This document shows, one piece after another, positions 1-7,741 of a DNA stretch of 64,000 bases; the first letter of the stretch is position 1, and every line of letters begins with the position of its first letter. The DNA is from a virus (Duplodnaviria > Heunggongvirae > Uroviricota > Caudoviricetes). The position numbers were made by a program, and so were the translations under genes. Under the pieces are notes generated by a model. That model saw nothing but the letters and a program-made list of their open reading frames with translations, did not search any database and was not told the DNA's origin. The stretch spans positions 1 through 64,000 of the IMG/VR virus record IMGVR_UViG_2974549561_000001. One strand, given 5' to 3'.

Positions 1-244
1 TTGAATAGCTCGCTGGATAACCGGCGGGGGAAGAATTTTTGTTTCGCGCTTTGCTTCAACAAGGATAAAACCATTTCCATGCATAGCGATAACTTCGGAA
101 TTATCACCAAATGGAGATACAAAACCGAACTTGGCCATATCCTGACTACCGCATGGCGTGAAAAGGATCATTTTCTTTTTATCTTCTAAGTCGGTCAGAT
201 CCGCCTCACGAGAAAGTTTATAAATAGTAATGTTTTTCCAGTGC

Positions 245-601
245 TTAAACATGTTGTAACCCTTGAATATCAACCACAGAAAGCTCGTCTTTGTAGAAAA
301 AGGCCAGGTTGTGGCACCCCCTCGTTTGAGCGTATGAGCTGGGACCAATTTCGTTCTTCCAGACAAATGGCTTCAAATCCGTACGGCGAAGCATAAAAAC
401 GCGATTTGTTCCGCTCTGATTCCCAATGAGGCAAAAGCCTTCTTTCACCTTGATCGCCTGCAAGTTGTCGAGTTCACCGCTGGTTACACGGCTATCGAAC
501 TCCTTGCGGCTTATTAGCTCCATCTGCATCTGACGACTCCAAACAAATGCCCATTGAAGGGCGATGGCTGAATGGTACCGAAAACACGACATAAAAAACA
601 A
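245..601 (-). CDS. hypothetical protein (start uncertain)
   Basis: 118-codon minus-strand ORF, no family recognised; 5' end abuts the C1-operator-like site at 601-617. Confidence 0.3.
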   Translation of the reverse strand: MFFMSCFRYHSAIALQWAFVWSRQMQMELISRKEFDSRVTSGELDNLQAIKVKEGFCLIGNQSGTNRVFMLRRTDLKPFVWKNEIGPSSYAQTRGCHNLAFFYKDELSVVDIQGLQHV

Positions 602-617
602 TATTTATTAGAGCAAT
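601..617. promoter_or_regulatory. C1 repressor operator-like site
   Basis: ATATTTATTAGAGCAAT matches 16/17 of the reverse complement of the P1 C1 operator consensus ATTGCTCTAATAAATTT (consensus from memory). Confidence 0.5.
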
Positions 618-698
618 TTTGCAATAAGTAAACGCCACACAGACCACAAATAACCTAAGTTAAAATAACGAAAATCAGAGCAAATCATTGGTGATGAC

Positions 699-983
699 GT
701 GGCAAGTATTGCAACAAAAGACAGCATTTGTTCGGGGCACGGAGGATTCCCATCCAGGCCTCCCGTAGAGAGCGAACCACTACTTAAAGTCAACGGAGTC
801 GAAATGTTAGTTGATGGTAAGCAATATGCACAGCATACCGATGGGAACAGCACGCACGGCGGGCAAGCTATATCAACCAGGGCATGGTTTACCGTCAACG
901 GGAAAGGGATCGTATGCGTTGGTGATCCTGTTTCATGCGGCTCTACCGTTGCAGCCGGAGACGGCCTGGTTCAGGTAAGTTAG
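699..983 (+). CDS. PAAR-like small Cys/Gly-rich protein, GTG start (P1 upfC position)
   Basis: 94 aa with ICSGHGG, VNGVEMLVDGK and VNGKGIVCVGDPVSCG motifs resembling PAAR/DUF4150 spike-tip repeats. Confidence 0.45.
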   Translation: MASIATKDSICSGHGGFPSRPPVESEPLLKVNGVEMLVDGKQYAQHTDGNSTHGGQAISTRAWFTVNGKGIVCVGDPVSCGSTVAAGDGLVQVS

Positions 984-991
984 GAGATATC

Positions 992-1780
992 ATGCTGGAA
1001 AAAGACTACCAGTTATCCGCATATAAAAAATTGGCCGCCGCCGGTGGGATGAAAACACCTGGTGCCATAACATCGGCACGAAACAGTGCTAACACAGCAA
1101 AACTGCTTGCAGAAGAATTGACCGGATTAATTCTGGATACAATTGTCTATCCCGACACTATTACCAGCTATGTTTCAACGATCAGAACAACCGCAACCGG
1201 TTTAACGAATATTGGAGGGCTGGCAACTCAGCACGCGGACCTGTTGGCTGGTTATGCTGATCTGTCAATGCTCCTTCAACTCGATATTGGTTGGGATGTT
1301 TACTGTCGTGCTAATGAGCGAGAAGTTTCAGAACTGCCGATCTCTATTGCCATTGGTGATGTGACTATTACTAAATCGCTTGAGGACGCTGTAAACGCGC
1401 TTAATACATCAAGTTTAGTCGCGGCTATGGGGGAGATTAACCAGACCCTTAACACTGGCTCAGGAAGCTCGTCAGGCTCTGGTTCAGGCGGCGGCACTGC
1501 CACTCCCCCACCAGCACTAACAGAAGAGCAAATTGAATCTCTGAAAGTAGCAACTGAACAGTTTGGGGTTGTTTTCAACCAGACAACAGCACCCACAACT
1601 GCGTTACAACAGCAGTATGAACGAGCGAATGAAAGCGCCAACGTAGCCATAACTGCTTATAACCATGCTATCGGTACCGCGCTTGCGGAAGCATCAGCAA
1701 ATAAGGCCAGCACAGCCAGCGCAATCGCCGCTTTGGTTCCTGATTCTGTTCTTGATGAATTAAACAAAGCGACACAGTAA
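992..1780 (+). CDS. hypothetical protein with Gly/Ser-rich linker (P1 upfB position)
   Basis: ORF 935..1780; internal ATG at 992 preceded by TAGGAGAT; product has a GSGSSSGSGSGGG linker. Confidence 0.5.
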   Translation: MLEKDYQLSAYKKLAAAGGMKTPGAITSARNSANTAKLLAEELTGLILDTIVYPDTITSYVSTIRTTATGLTNIGGLATQHADLLAGYADLSMLLQLDIGWDVYCRANEREVSELPISIAIGDVTITKSLEDAVNALNTSSLVAAMGEINQTLNTGSGSSSGSGSGGGTATPPPALTEEQIESLKVATEQFGVVFNQTTAPTTALQQQYERANESANVAITAYNHAIGTALAEASANKASTASAIAALVPDSVLDELNKATQ

Positions 1781-1819
1781 CAAAGGACTTCATTGATAAT
1801 TTTTCTTCAGGAGGAAGAC

Positions 1820-2242
1820 ATGTCATTCTTTTCTACATTAAAAACAGCTTTGTCTTTGAAGGAGAAACTTGCTGCTACTGGTGTTCTTGTTCTGATTTGC
1901 GCACTTGTTGGTGCTGGGTTTGCGTGGGAACGTCATCAGCTAAAGCAAGCCATGGAGAAAATTGGCAGTCTTGATCAGGCTGTTAAGGAACGTGATAAGT
2001 CAATAATGGATCTTAACCAGACCATTGAGACGATGAACAAAGCAGAGCAACATTTTCACAGCCAGGAAGTGAAAAATGAATCAGAACAAGCCAAGTATGC
2101 TGACAGGCAAATGGAACGAAAAGCTGAAGTTCAGAAACAACTTGTTGCGGCGGGTAATGTTCGCCAGCGTATTCCTGCTGACACTCAGCGGTTGCTCCGG
2201 GAGTCGATCAGCGAATTTAACGCCGACGCCGACAAAGGTTAA
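1820..2242 (+). CDS. ppfA: membrane-anchored coiled-coil protein, i-spanin-like (PpfA-like)
   Basis: ATG at 1820 after AGGAGG; one N-terminal TM helix (ATGVLVLICALVGAGFAW) then a charged helical region; next gene overlaps in another frame. Confidence 0.45.
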   Translation: MSFFSTLKTALSLKEKLAATGVLVLICALVGAGFAWERHQLKQAMEKIGSLDQAVKERDKSIMDLNQTIETMNKAEQHFHSQEVKNESEQAKYADRQMERKAEVQKQLVAAGNVRQRIPADTQRLLRESISEFNADADKG

Positions 2243-2408
2243 CCACCCTGCCCCAAAAAGTGCATTTATGTGCAGGATGCCAGAGTTTAGCAGTGAATAT
2301 TTTGATGATCTGCCAGCGTATATCCTCGATACAGAAACGATGCTGATGGGGATTAACAGGAAGAATCGCAACGTTAATGATTACAACCGCGCTATCAGCG
2401 GTAACTAA
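2142..2408 (+). CDS. mlp: small lipoprotein, o-spanin-like (Mlp-like), probable TTG start
   Basis: lipobox LLTLSG|C with RR n-region if started at TTG 2142; Pro-rich mature part with one Cys; overlaps ppfA 3' end; start codon uncertain (ATG options at 2076 and 2157). Confidence 0.4.
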   Translation: MLRRVMFASVFLLTLSGCSGSRSANLTPTPTKVNHPAPKSAFMCRMPEFSSEYFDDLPAYILDTETMLMGINRKNRNVNDYNRAISGN

Positions 2409-2419
2409 AAGGGATTTTT

Positions 2420-2812
2420 ATGTCTGATAAAGTAACAGTAAAGCAAACTATCAACAAAGCGACTTCAATCTACAAAATTGAGCACATCACTGTTGGCAAG
2501 CCAGGATCTGAACAATACCGTCATGCTTTCGAGCTTGCCGATCAGCTTGGTTTAAAACACCCGGATTGCATCGAGCATGTATTTCCGACCTATGCTGATG
2601 AGCAATGTACTCATGTTCTTACCGAAGAGGATTTTTTCAGCACTGAAGAACGAGAAGGCGTTGATCGCTGCATTGGTGTGATTTGTTCTTCGGTAAGTGA
2701 TGAGTTATTCCCTAATGTGCCTGAATATGGTGGTATTGGATACCAGTTCCTGTATGAAGGCGATGAGCTTAAATGCTATGAACATGGTCTTCTTATCGAA
2801 AGCGTAGAATAA
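2420..2812 (+). CDS. hypothetical protein (P1 upfA position)
   Basis: 130-aa ORF immediately upstream of oriR; no family recognised. Confidence 0.5.
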   Translation: MSDKVTVKQTINKATSIYKIEHITVGKPGSEQYRHAFELADQLGLKHPDCIEHVFPTYADEQCTHVLTEEDFFSTEEREGVDRCIGVICSSVSDELFPNVPEYGGIGYQFLYEGDELKCYEHGLLIESVE

Positions 2813-2863
2813 TACGGCTTCCTTCCAACCGGCTTTATTGGCCGGTTTATTCAACTTATCCAC

Positions 2864-2940
2864 AGCATAGATCCAATAAACAGATCCTAAAGAGAACCTA
2901 GGAAGATCCAAAGAAGATCCCGGATCGCTGTAAGCCGCGC
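2864..2940. other. oriR core: DnaA box and five GATC-containing heptamers
   Basis: TTATCCACA at 2864-2872 then AGATCCA/AGATCCT/AGATCCA/AGATCCC/GGATCGC spaced about 10 bp apart, the architecture of P1 oriR. Confidence 0.6.
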
Positions 2941-2964
2941 CATTTCTGGCCTGAAATGGGATCA

Positions 2965-3072
2965 ACATTGACTATACGCGATTTTATGTTGACTGTGCAC
3001 GATTTATTGTTGACTGCACGCGATTTATTGTTGACTATACGCGACAGAAACATTGACTGTACGCGATTTTAG
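2965..3072. repeat. five direct iterons upstream of repA (incC-equivalent)
   Basis: five copies of about 19 bp with core TTGACTRTRCGCGAYWT at about 21-bp spacing; differ from the P1 iteron sequence as I recall it. Confidence 0.7.
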
Positions 3073-3146
3073 AGCCTGACTATTCACAGTTGTTGATAAC
3101 TGCAATCCAGATGACGCCAGGCCGCGCCACATATGGAGAAACCACG

Positions 3147-4031
3147 ATGCCGGAAGAAAATAAAGGCTTCCTTAGCGTTGAAGAAGTTGCTGGAAATACA
3201 GGAGAAATCCACAGCCTGAAACCCAATAACAATAGCACTATACAACCCATCGCTTTGTTGCGCTTAGGTGTGTTTGTGCCAACCTTAAAATCTACCAATG
3301 TGGCACTACGTCGCGGATCGTCAGTTACTACAAACACAACGAACGCAACCGAAGAACTATCAAGCCTCAAAATTGTTGAGCAGGAAGGCTATGAGGGAAT
3401 TGAAATTCATGGTCCACGCCTGGATATGGATACTGATTTTAAGGTGTGGGTGGGCATAACCTCCGCGTTGTTTGACTACGCACCTGATGATGACGGTATA
3501 ATCACCCTGCCATTCTCCGAGTTTGCCGATCGATGCGGCTATCCACGTAAGCGCCTTTCAAAGGCGTTCCGTAAAAGTATTGATGATTCTCTGACACGCA
3601 TTCAGCAGACAGTTGTCAAATTCCGCTTCCCGGCGGCAAAAGGTCATCTCAATAACATTAACGTCAACTTGTTGGCATATAGCAGCCTGAATACCGAGCT
3701 TGATGTTATCGAGATCCAGCCGCAGAAACAGCTATCTGAACTTTACTATGTTGACTATAAGCGAATCCTGAAGCTGAAGATGCTGGATAAACTAGGGCGC
3801 AAAGAGACGGCCAAGGTACTGTATACATTCTTTGAGGCTCTACCCGCCAACCCGGCACCTGTCAGCATTGAGCGCCTTAGAGCGAGGCTTAATCTCAAAT
3901 CATCCGTTAGCGTGCAAAATAGCGTTATCAGAAAAGCCATGAAAGATTTGGAAGCTATTGAATATCTTAAATTTTCAGAGATAAAAAACGGCAGGAAAAT
4001 CGGCTTCCAGATCCATAAGCGCAATCCATAA
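3147..4031 (+). CDS. repA: RepA plasmid replication initiator (P1 RepA family, divergent)
   Basis: flanked by iteron arrays; GPRLDMDTDFKVW block resembles P1 RepA; ATG 3147 after GGAGAAACC chosen over the longer 3090 ORF. Confidence 0.8.
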   Translation: MPEENKGFLSVEEVAGNTGEIHSLKPNNNSTIQPIALLRLGVFVPTLKSTNVALRRGSSVTTNTTNATEELSSLKIVEQEGYEGIEIHGPRLDMDTDFKVWVGITSALFDYAPDDDGIITLPFSEFADRCGYPRKRLSKAFRKSIDDSLTRIQQTVVKFRFPAAKGHLNNINVNLLAYSSLNTELDVIEIQPQKQLSELYYVDYKRILKLKMLDKLGRKETAKVLYTFFEALPANPAPVSIERLRARLNLKSSVSVQNSVIRKAMKDLEAIEYLKFSEIKNGRKIGFQIHKRNP

Positions 4032-4033
4032 TA

Positions 4034-4291
4034 TTGACTATATGCGATAGCGAGAAGTTGACTATAGGCGACATTCGTTGACGCTGGTGGATTTTTGCTG
4101 GCGTCAATATTCTGCAAGTCGCTATTGAGATGGCTTTTAGGGGCATTTCATCGCGTATAGTCAACGTTTCTCCCGACAATATCTTACATAGTCGATCTTT
4201 GGTGGAGTTAAATCGACTACAGTCAACTTTTGACTGTAGTCACATCGCGCATAGTCAACTATTCACATTAACCTTCGCGCATAGTCAACAT
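4034..4291. repeat. iteron array downstream of repA (incA-equivalent)
   Basis: about eight copies of the same TTGACTATA(C/G)GCGA core in both orientations. Confidence 0.65.
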
Positions 4292-4323
4292 TTGCGCGGT
4301 TCTCATCAAGCAGTGGTATTGAT

Positions 4324-5007
4324 ATGCAAGAAGAGAAACAACACTACCTCTACGTTCTGGTGCCAGAGAACGGAGATACTTTTAAAATCGGCATTTCATG
4401 TGGTCCATTGGCACGGTTTAAAGGGCTACAAGTGAGTCCCGATTTTGCGCTTTCACGGGTCTATCGTGGTACGCGTTTGGCAATGGTTAATCTTGAGCGG
4501 GCTTTACACGCAACCTTTTTCCCCTGGAATGCGCCGTGGGAGAAAAGCGTCGGTGGCGGGCATACTGAATGGTTTACACGAGAGTGTCTTGATAAGGTTT
4601 TGGCTCATATCGAATATCTAAATGATATGTGGGGAGGGATTCTCGAGCGCATTAAGTCGAATGATTTACTTCAGCGTCCAGTAGATGCTGCTTGCTCTTT
4701 CGAAAAAGAGCTGGATGTTACTTCTATCGTGACTTTCAAAGATGACGCAGGAATGAGGGACGTGGCTTATGTCTCCATATCTGGCTATGAACCGGACGCG
4801 ATCCGCGCTCAATGTGAATTGCTGAAAGCAATGTTTATGCTTCGGACTAAATATCCCTGGGATACAGGGCGGGTGTGCTTCCCTATGGAAGAGTTAACCG
4901 CCACCATTGATTCCCAGCTTTACCACGATAATCCAGAGAAGTTTTTTAGCCTTTTAGCCGGTAATGGGCTTAACTGTGTGTCCGGGCTGGGGCGAAGTAG
5001 AATCTAA
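4324..5007 (+). CDS. T5orf172/GIY-YIG-like domain protein
   Basis: N-terminal YLYVLV...FKIGIS and HTEWF motifs typical of the T5orf172 domain; sits between incA and parA where I recall no gene in P1. Confidence 0.5.
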   Translation: MQEEKQHYLYVLVPENGDTFKIGISCGPLARFKGLQVSPDFALSRVYRGTRLAMVNLERALHATFFPWNAPWEKSVGGGHTEWFTRECLDKVLAHIEYLNDMWGGILERIKSNDLLQRPVDAACSFEKELDVTSIVTFKDDAGMRDVAYVSISGYEPDAIRAQCELLKAMFMLRTKYPWDTGRVCFPMEELTATIDSQLYHDNPEKFFSLLAGNGLNCVSGLGRSRI

Positions 5008-5140
5008 CATGCCTCGCTCTTCGGTCCCTTCTTTTACGATCGACACGGGTACTTTGAGGCTGAACTTCCGGCGCTTACGCGTGCTATAGATACTATCGAT
5101 TTCGAACGATTATTCGCTGCTCTTAGCAAATAACACTGAT

Positions 5141-5161
5141 GCCCCTGAACGGGGCTTTTTT
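5141..5161 (+). terminator. rho-independent terminator
   Basis: GCCCC-tgaac-GGGGC hairpin followed by TTTTTT. Confidence 0.6.
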
Positions 5162-5250
5162 GTGCCCTCCTTGTAACTCTCAATCGTGCAAAATGAACCA
5201 AACATGCAGAGAATGCTATGTACAAGCATCTACGCATACATTATTATTTT

Positions 5251-5286
5251 ATGCAGCATTTTTAATTAAATTCAAAAATACAGCAT
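5251..5286. promoter_or_regulatory. imperfect inverted repeat upstream of parA (candidate par promoter/operator)
   Basis: ATGCAGCATTTTT ... AAAAATACAGCAT arms in an AT-rich region 16 bp before parA. Confidence 0.3.
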
Positions 5287-5301
5287 AAAGGATGACTTTC
5301 G

Positions 5302-6498
5302 ATGAGTGATTCCAGCCAGCTTCACAAGGTTGCTCAAAGAGCAAATAGAATGCTCAATGTTCTGACTGAACAAGTACAGTTGCAAAAGGATGAGCTACAC
5401 GCGAACGAGTTTTACCAGGTCTATGCGAAAGCGGCACTGGCAAAATTGCCTCTACTGACTCGTGCGAACGTTGACTATGCCGTAAGTGAAATGGAAGAAA
5501 AGGGTTATGTTTTCGATAAACGCCCTGCTGGCTCTTCAATGAAATATGCGATGTCAATTCAGAACATCATTGACATATATGAACATCGCGGAGTGCCAAA
5601 ATACCGGGATCGCTACAGCGAAGCGTATGTGATTTTCATCTCTAATCTTAAAGGCGGTGTGTCAAAAACTGTATCGACGGTTTCTCTGGCGCATGCAATG
5701 CGTGCTCACCCTCATCTTCTGATGGAAGATTTAAGGATTCTGGTTATTGACCTTGATCCGCAATCTTCAGCAACGATGTTTTTAAGCCATAAACACTCTA
5801 TTGGTATCGTAAACGCAACATCTGCACAGGCTATGTTGCAGAATGTAAGCCGTGAAGAGCTGTTAGAGGAGTTTATTGTTCCTTCTGTTGTACCTGGGGT
5901 TGACGTTATGCCTGCGTCGATTGACGATGCCTTTATTGCATCCGATTGGAGAGAGCTGTGCAATGAGCATCTACCGGGTCAGAACATCCATGCAGTCCTG
6001 AAAGAAAATGTGATTGATAAGCTGAAGAGCGATTATGACTTTATCCTCGTTGATAGTGGTCCTCACCTTGACGCCTTCCTGAAAAATGCTTTGGCCTCGG
6101 CCAATATACTGTTTACACCTCTGCCGCCTGCAACGGTTGATTTCCACTCATCGCTTAAATACGTTGCCCGCCTTCCTGAGTTGGTGAAACTCATTTCGGA
6201 TGAAGGCTGCGAGTGTCAGCTTGCAACTAACATTGGTTTTATGTCCAAGTTGAGTAACAAGGCAGACCATAAGTATTGCCATAGCCTGGCTAAAGAAGTG
6301 TTCGGTGGGGATATGCTTGATGTTGTCCTCCCTCGCCTTGACGGTTTTGAACGCTGCGGCGAGTCTTTTGACACTGTTATTTCAGCTAACCCGGCAACGT
6401 ATGTTGGTAGTGCTGATGCATTGAAGAACGCGCGAATTGCTGCGGAAGATTTTGCTAAAGCAGTTTTTGACCGTATTGAATTTATCAGATCTAACTGA
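5302..6498 (+). CDS. parA: ParA partition ATPase (P1 ParA)
   Basis: 398 aa; N-terminus MSDSSQLHKVAQRANRMLNVLTEQ and deviant Walker A KGGVSKT match P1 ParA as I remember it. Confidence 0.95.
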   Translation: MSDSSQLHKVAQRANRMLNVLTEQVQLQKDELHANEFYQVYAKAALAKLPLLTRANVDYAVSEMEEKGYVFDKRPAGSSMKYAMSIQNIIDIYEHRGVPKYRDRYSEAYVIFISNLKGGVSKTVSTVSLAHAMRAHPHLLMEDLRILVIDLDPQSSATMFLSHKHSIGIVNATSAQAMLQNVSREELLEEFIVPSVVPGVDVMPASIDDAFIASDWRELCNEHLPGQNIHAVLKENVIDKLKSDYDFILVDSGPHLDAFLKNALASANILFTPLPPATVDFHSSLKYVARLPELVKLISDEGCECQLATNIGFMSKLSNKADHKYCHSLAKEVFGGDMLDVVLPRLDGFERCGESFDTVISANPATYVGSADALKNARIAAEDFAKAVFDRIEFIRSN

Positions 6499-6514
6499 GG
6501 AGTAAGAAACCCCC

Positions 6515-7516
6515 ATGTCAAAGAAAAACAGACCAACAATTGGGCGAACCCTTAATCCTTCAATATTAAGCGGATTTGATAGTTCTTCAGCCTCTGGCGA
6601 TCGAGTCGAGCAGGTATTCAAGTTATCAACTGGTCGCCAGGCCACATTTATTGAAGAGGTAATACCTCCGAACCAGGTAGAAAGCGATACCTTTGTTGAT
6701 CAGCATAACAACGGGCGTGACCAGGCATCTCTTACGCCAAAATCATTAAAAAGTATCCGAAGCACTATTAAGCATCAGCAATTTTACCCTGCAATAGGTG
6801 TTAGACGGGCTACAGGGAAAATTGAAATTTTGGATGGTTCCCGGCGTCGAGCTTCTGCCATCTTAGAGAACGTAGGGTTGCGGGTTTTAGTCACGGACCA
6901 GGAGATCAGCGTTCAGGAAGCGCAAAATTTAGCGAAAGACGTTCAGACAGCATTGCAGCACAGCATTCGAGAAATAGGTCTGCGTTTGATGCGAATGAAA
7001 AATGATGGGATGAGTCAGAAGGATATTGCAGCCAAAGAAGGGCTGTCTCAGGCGAAGGTCACGCGTGCTCTCCAGGCAGCGAGTGCTCCGGAAGAATTAG
7101 TCGCCCTTTTCCCTGTGCAGTCGGAATTAACCTTTTCGGACTACAAAACGCTTTGTGCTGTTGGCGACGAAATGGGGAACAAGAATTTAGAGTTTGATCA
7201 GCTTATTCAAAACATATCCCCGGAAATAAACGACATCTTATCCATTGAAGAAATGGCCGAAGATGAAGTTAAAAATAAAATCCTGCGCTTGATAACAAAG
7301 GAAGCCTCACTACTCACGGATAAAGATTCTAAAGATAAGTCCGTAGTTACTGAATTATGGAAATTTGAGGACAAGGATCGCTTTGCAAGGAAGCGCGTGA
7401 AAGGCCGTGCATTTTCTTATGAGTTTAATCGACTTTCAAAAGAGCTACAGGAAGAACTCGACAGGATGATTGGGCATATCCTTAGAAAGAGCCTCGATAA
7501 AAAGCCGAAGCCTTAA
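6515..7516 (+). CDS. parB: ParB partition protein (P1 ParB)
   Basis: 333 aa immediately after parA; sequence and position match P1 ParB. Confidence 0.95.
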   Translation: MSKKNRPTIGRTLNPSILSGFDSSSASGDRVEQVFKLSTGRQATFIEEVIPPNQVESDTFVDQHNNGRDQASLTPKSLKSIRSTIKHQQFYPAIGVRRATGKIEILDGSRRRASAILENVGLRVLVTDQEISVQEAQNLAKDVQTALQHSIREIGLRLMRMKNDGMSQKDIAAKEGLSQAKVTRALQAASAPEELVALFPVQSELTFSDYKTLCAVGDEMGNKNLEFDQLIQNISPEINDILSIEEMAEDEVKNKILRLITKEASLLTDKDSKDKSVVTELWKFEDKDRFARKRVKGRAFSYEFNRLSKELQEELDRMIGHILRKSLDKKPKP

Positions 7517-7517
7517 A

Positions 7518-7605
7518 CTTTCGCCATTCAAATTTCACTATTAACCTACTGTTTTTAAAGTAAATCCCTCTAAAATTTCAAGGTGAAATCGCCACGATTC
7601 CACCT
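7518..7605. other. parS partition site
   Basis: ATTTCAC heptamer and TCGCCA hexamer boxes flanking an AT-rich IHF-like core, directly after parB. Confidence 0.75.
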
Positions 7606-7663
7606 TGGATTTTACCTTCCTCCCCTACTCCCGAAAAAAATAAAAAAATTGCTTGTCACGAGA

Positions 7664-7690
7664 AAGTCAACAAGTGACTTTCAATAAAAT
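7664..7690 (+). promoter_or_regulatory. candidate late promoter
   Basis: AAGTCAACAAGTGACTTTCAATAAAAT; the ACAAGTGAYTT motif recurs upstream of lyz, R and prt. Confidence 0.35.
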
Positions 7691-7741
7691 CTCTTCCGAA
7701 AAGGGATTCACACAAGTGCCTTGTGTTTAAGGAAGAGTAAA

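Noticed and set aside
1-189. 62-codon partial plus-strand ORF at the window edge
   Set aside because: TTG start, no motifs, truncated by the window boundary; insufficient evidence.
3090-4031. Longer 313-codon version of repA
   Set aside because: The upstream start overlaps the iterons and has no ribosome-binding site; ATG 3147 has a GGAG site and gives a P1-RepA-like length.
2965-4291. Possible CRISPR array suggested by short direct repeats
   Set aside because: Repeats are 19-bp iterons in both orientations flanking repA with irregular spacing; no cas genes.
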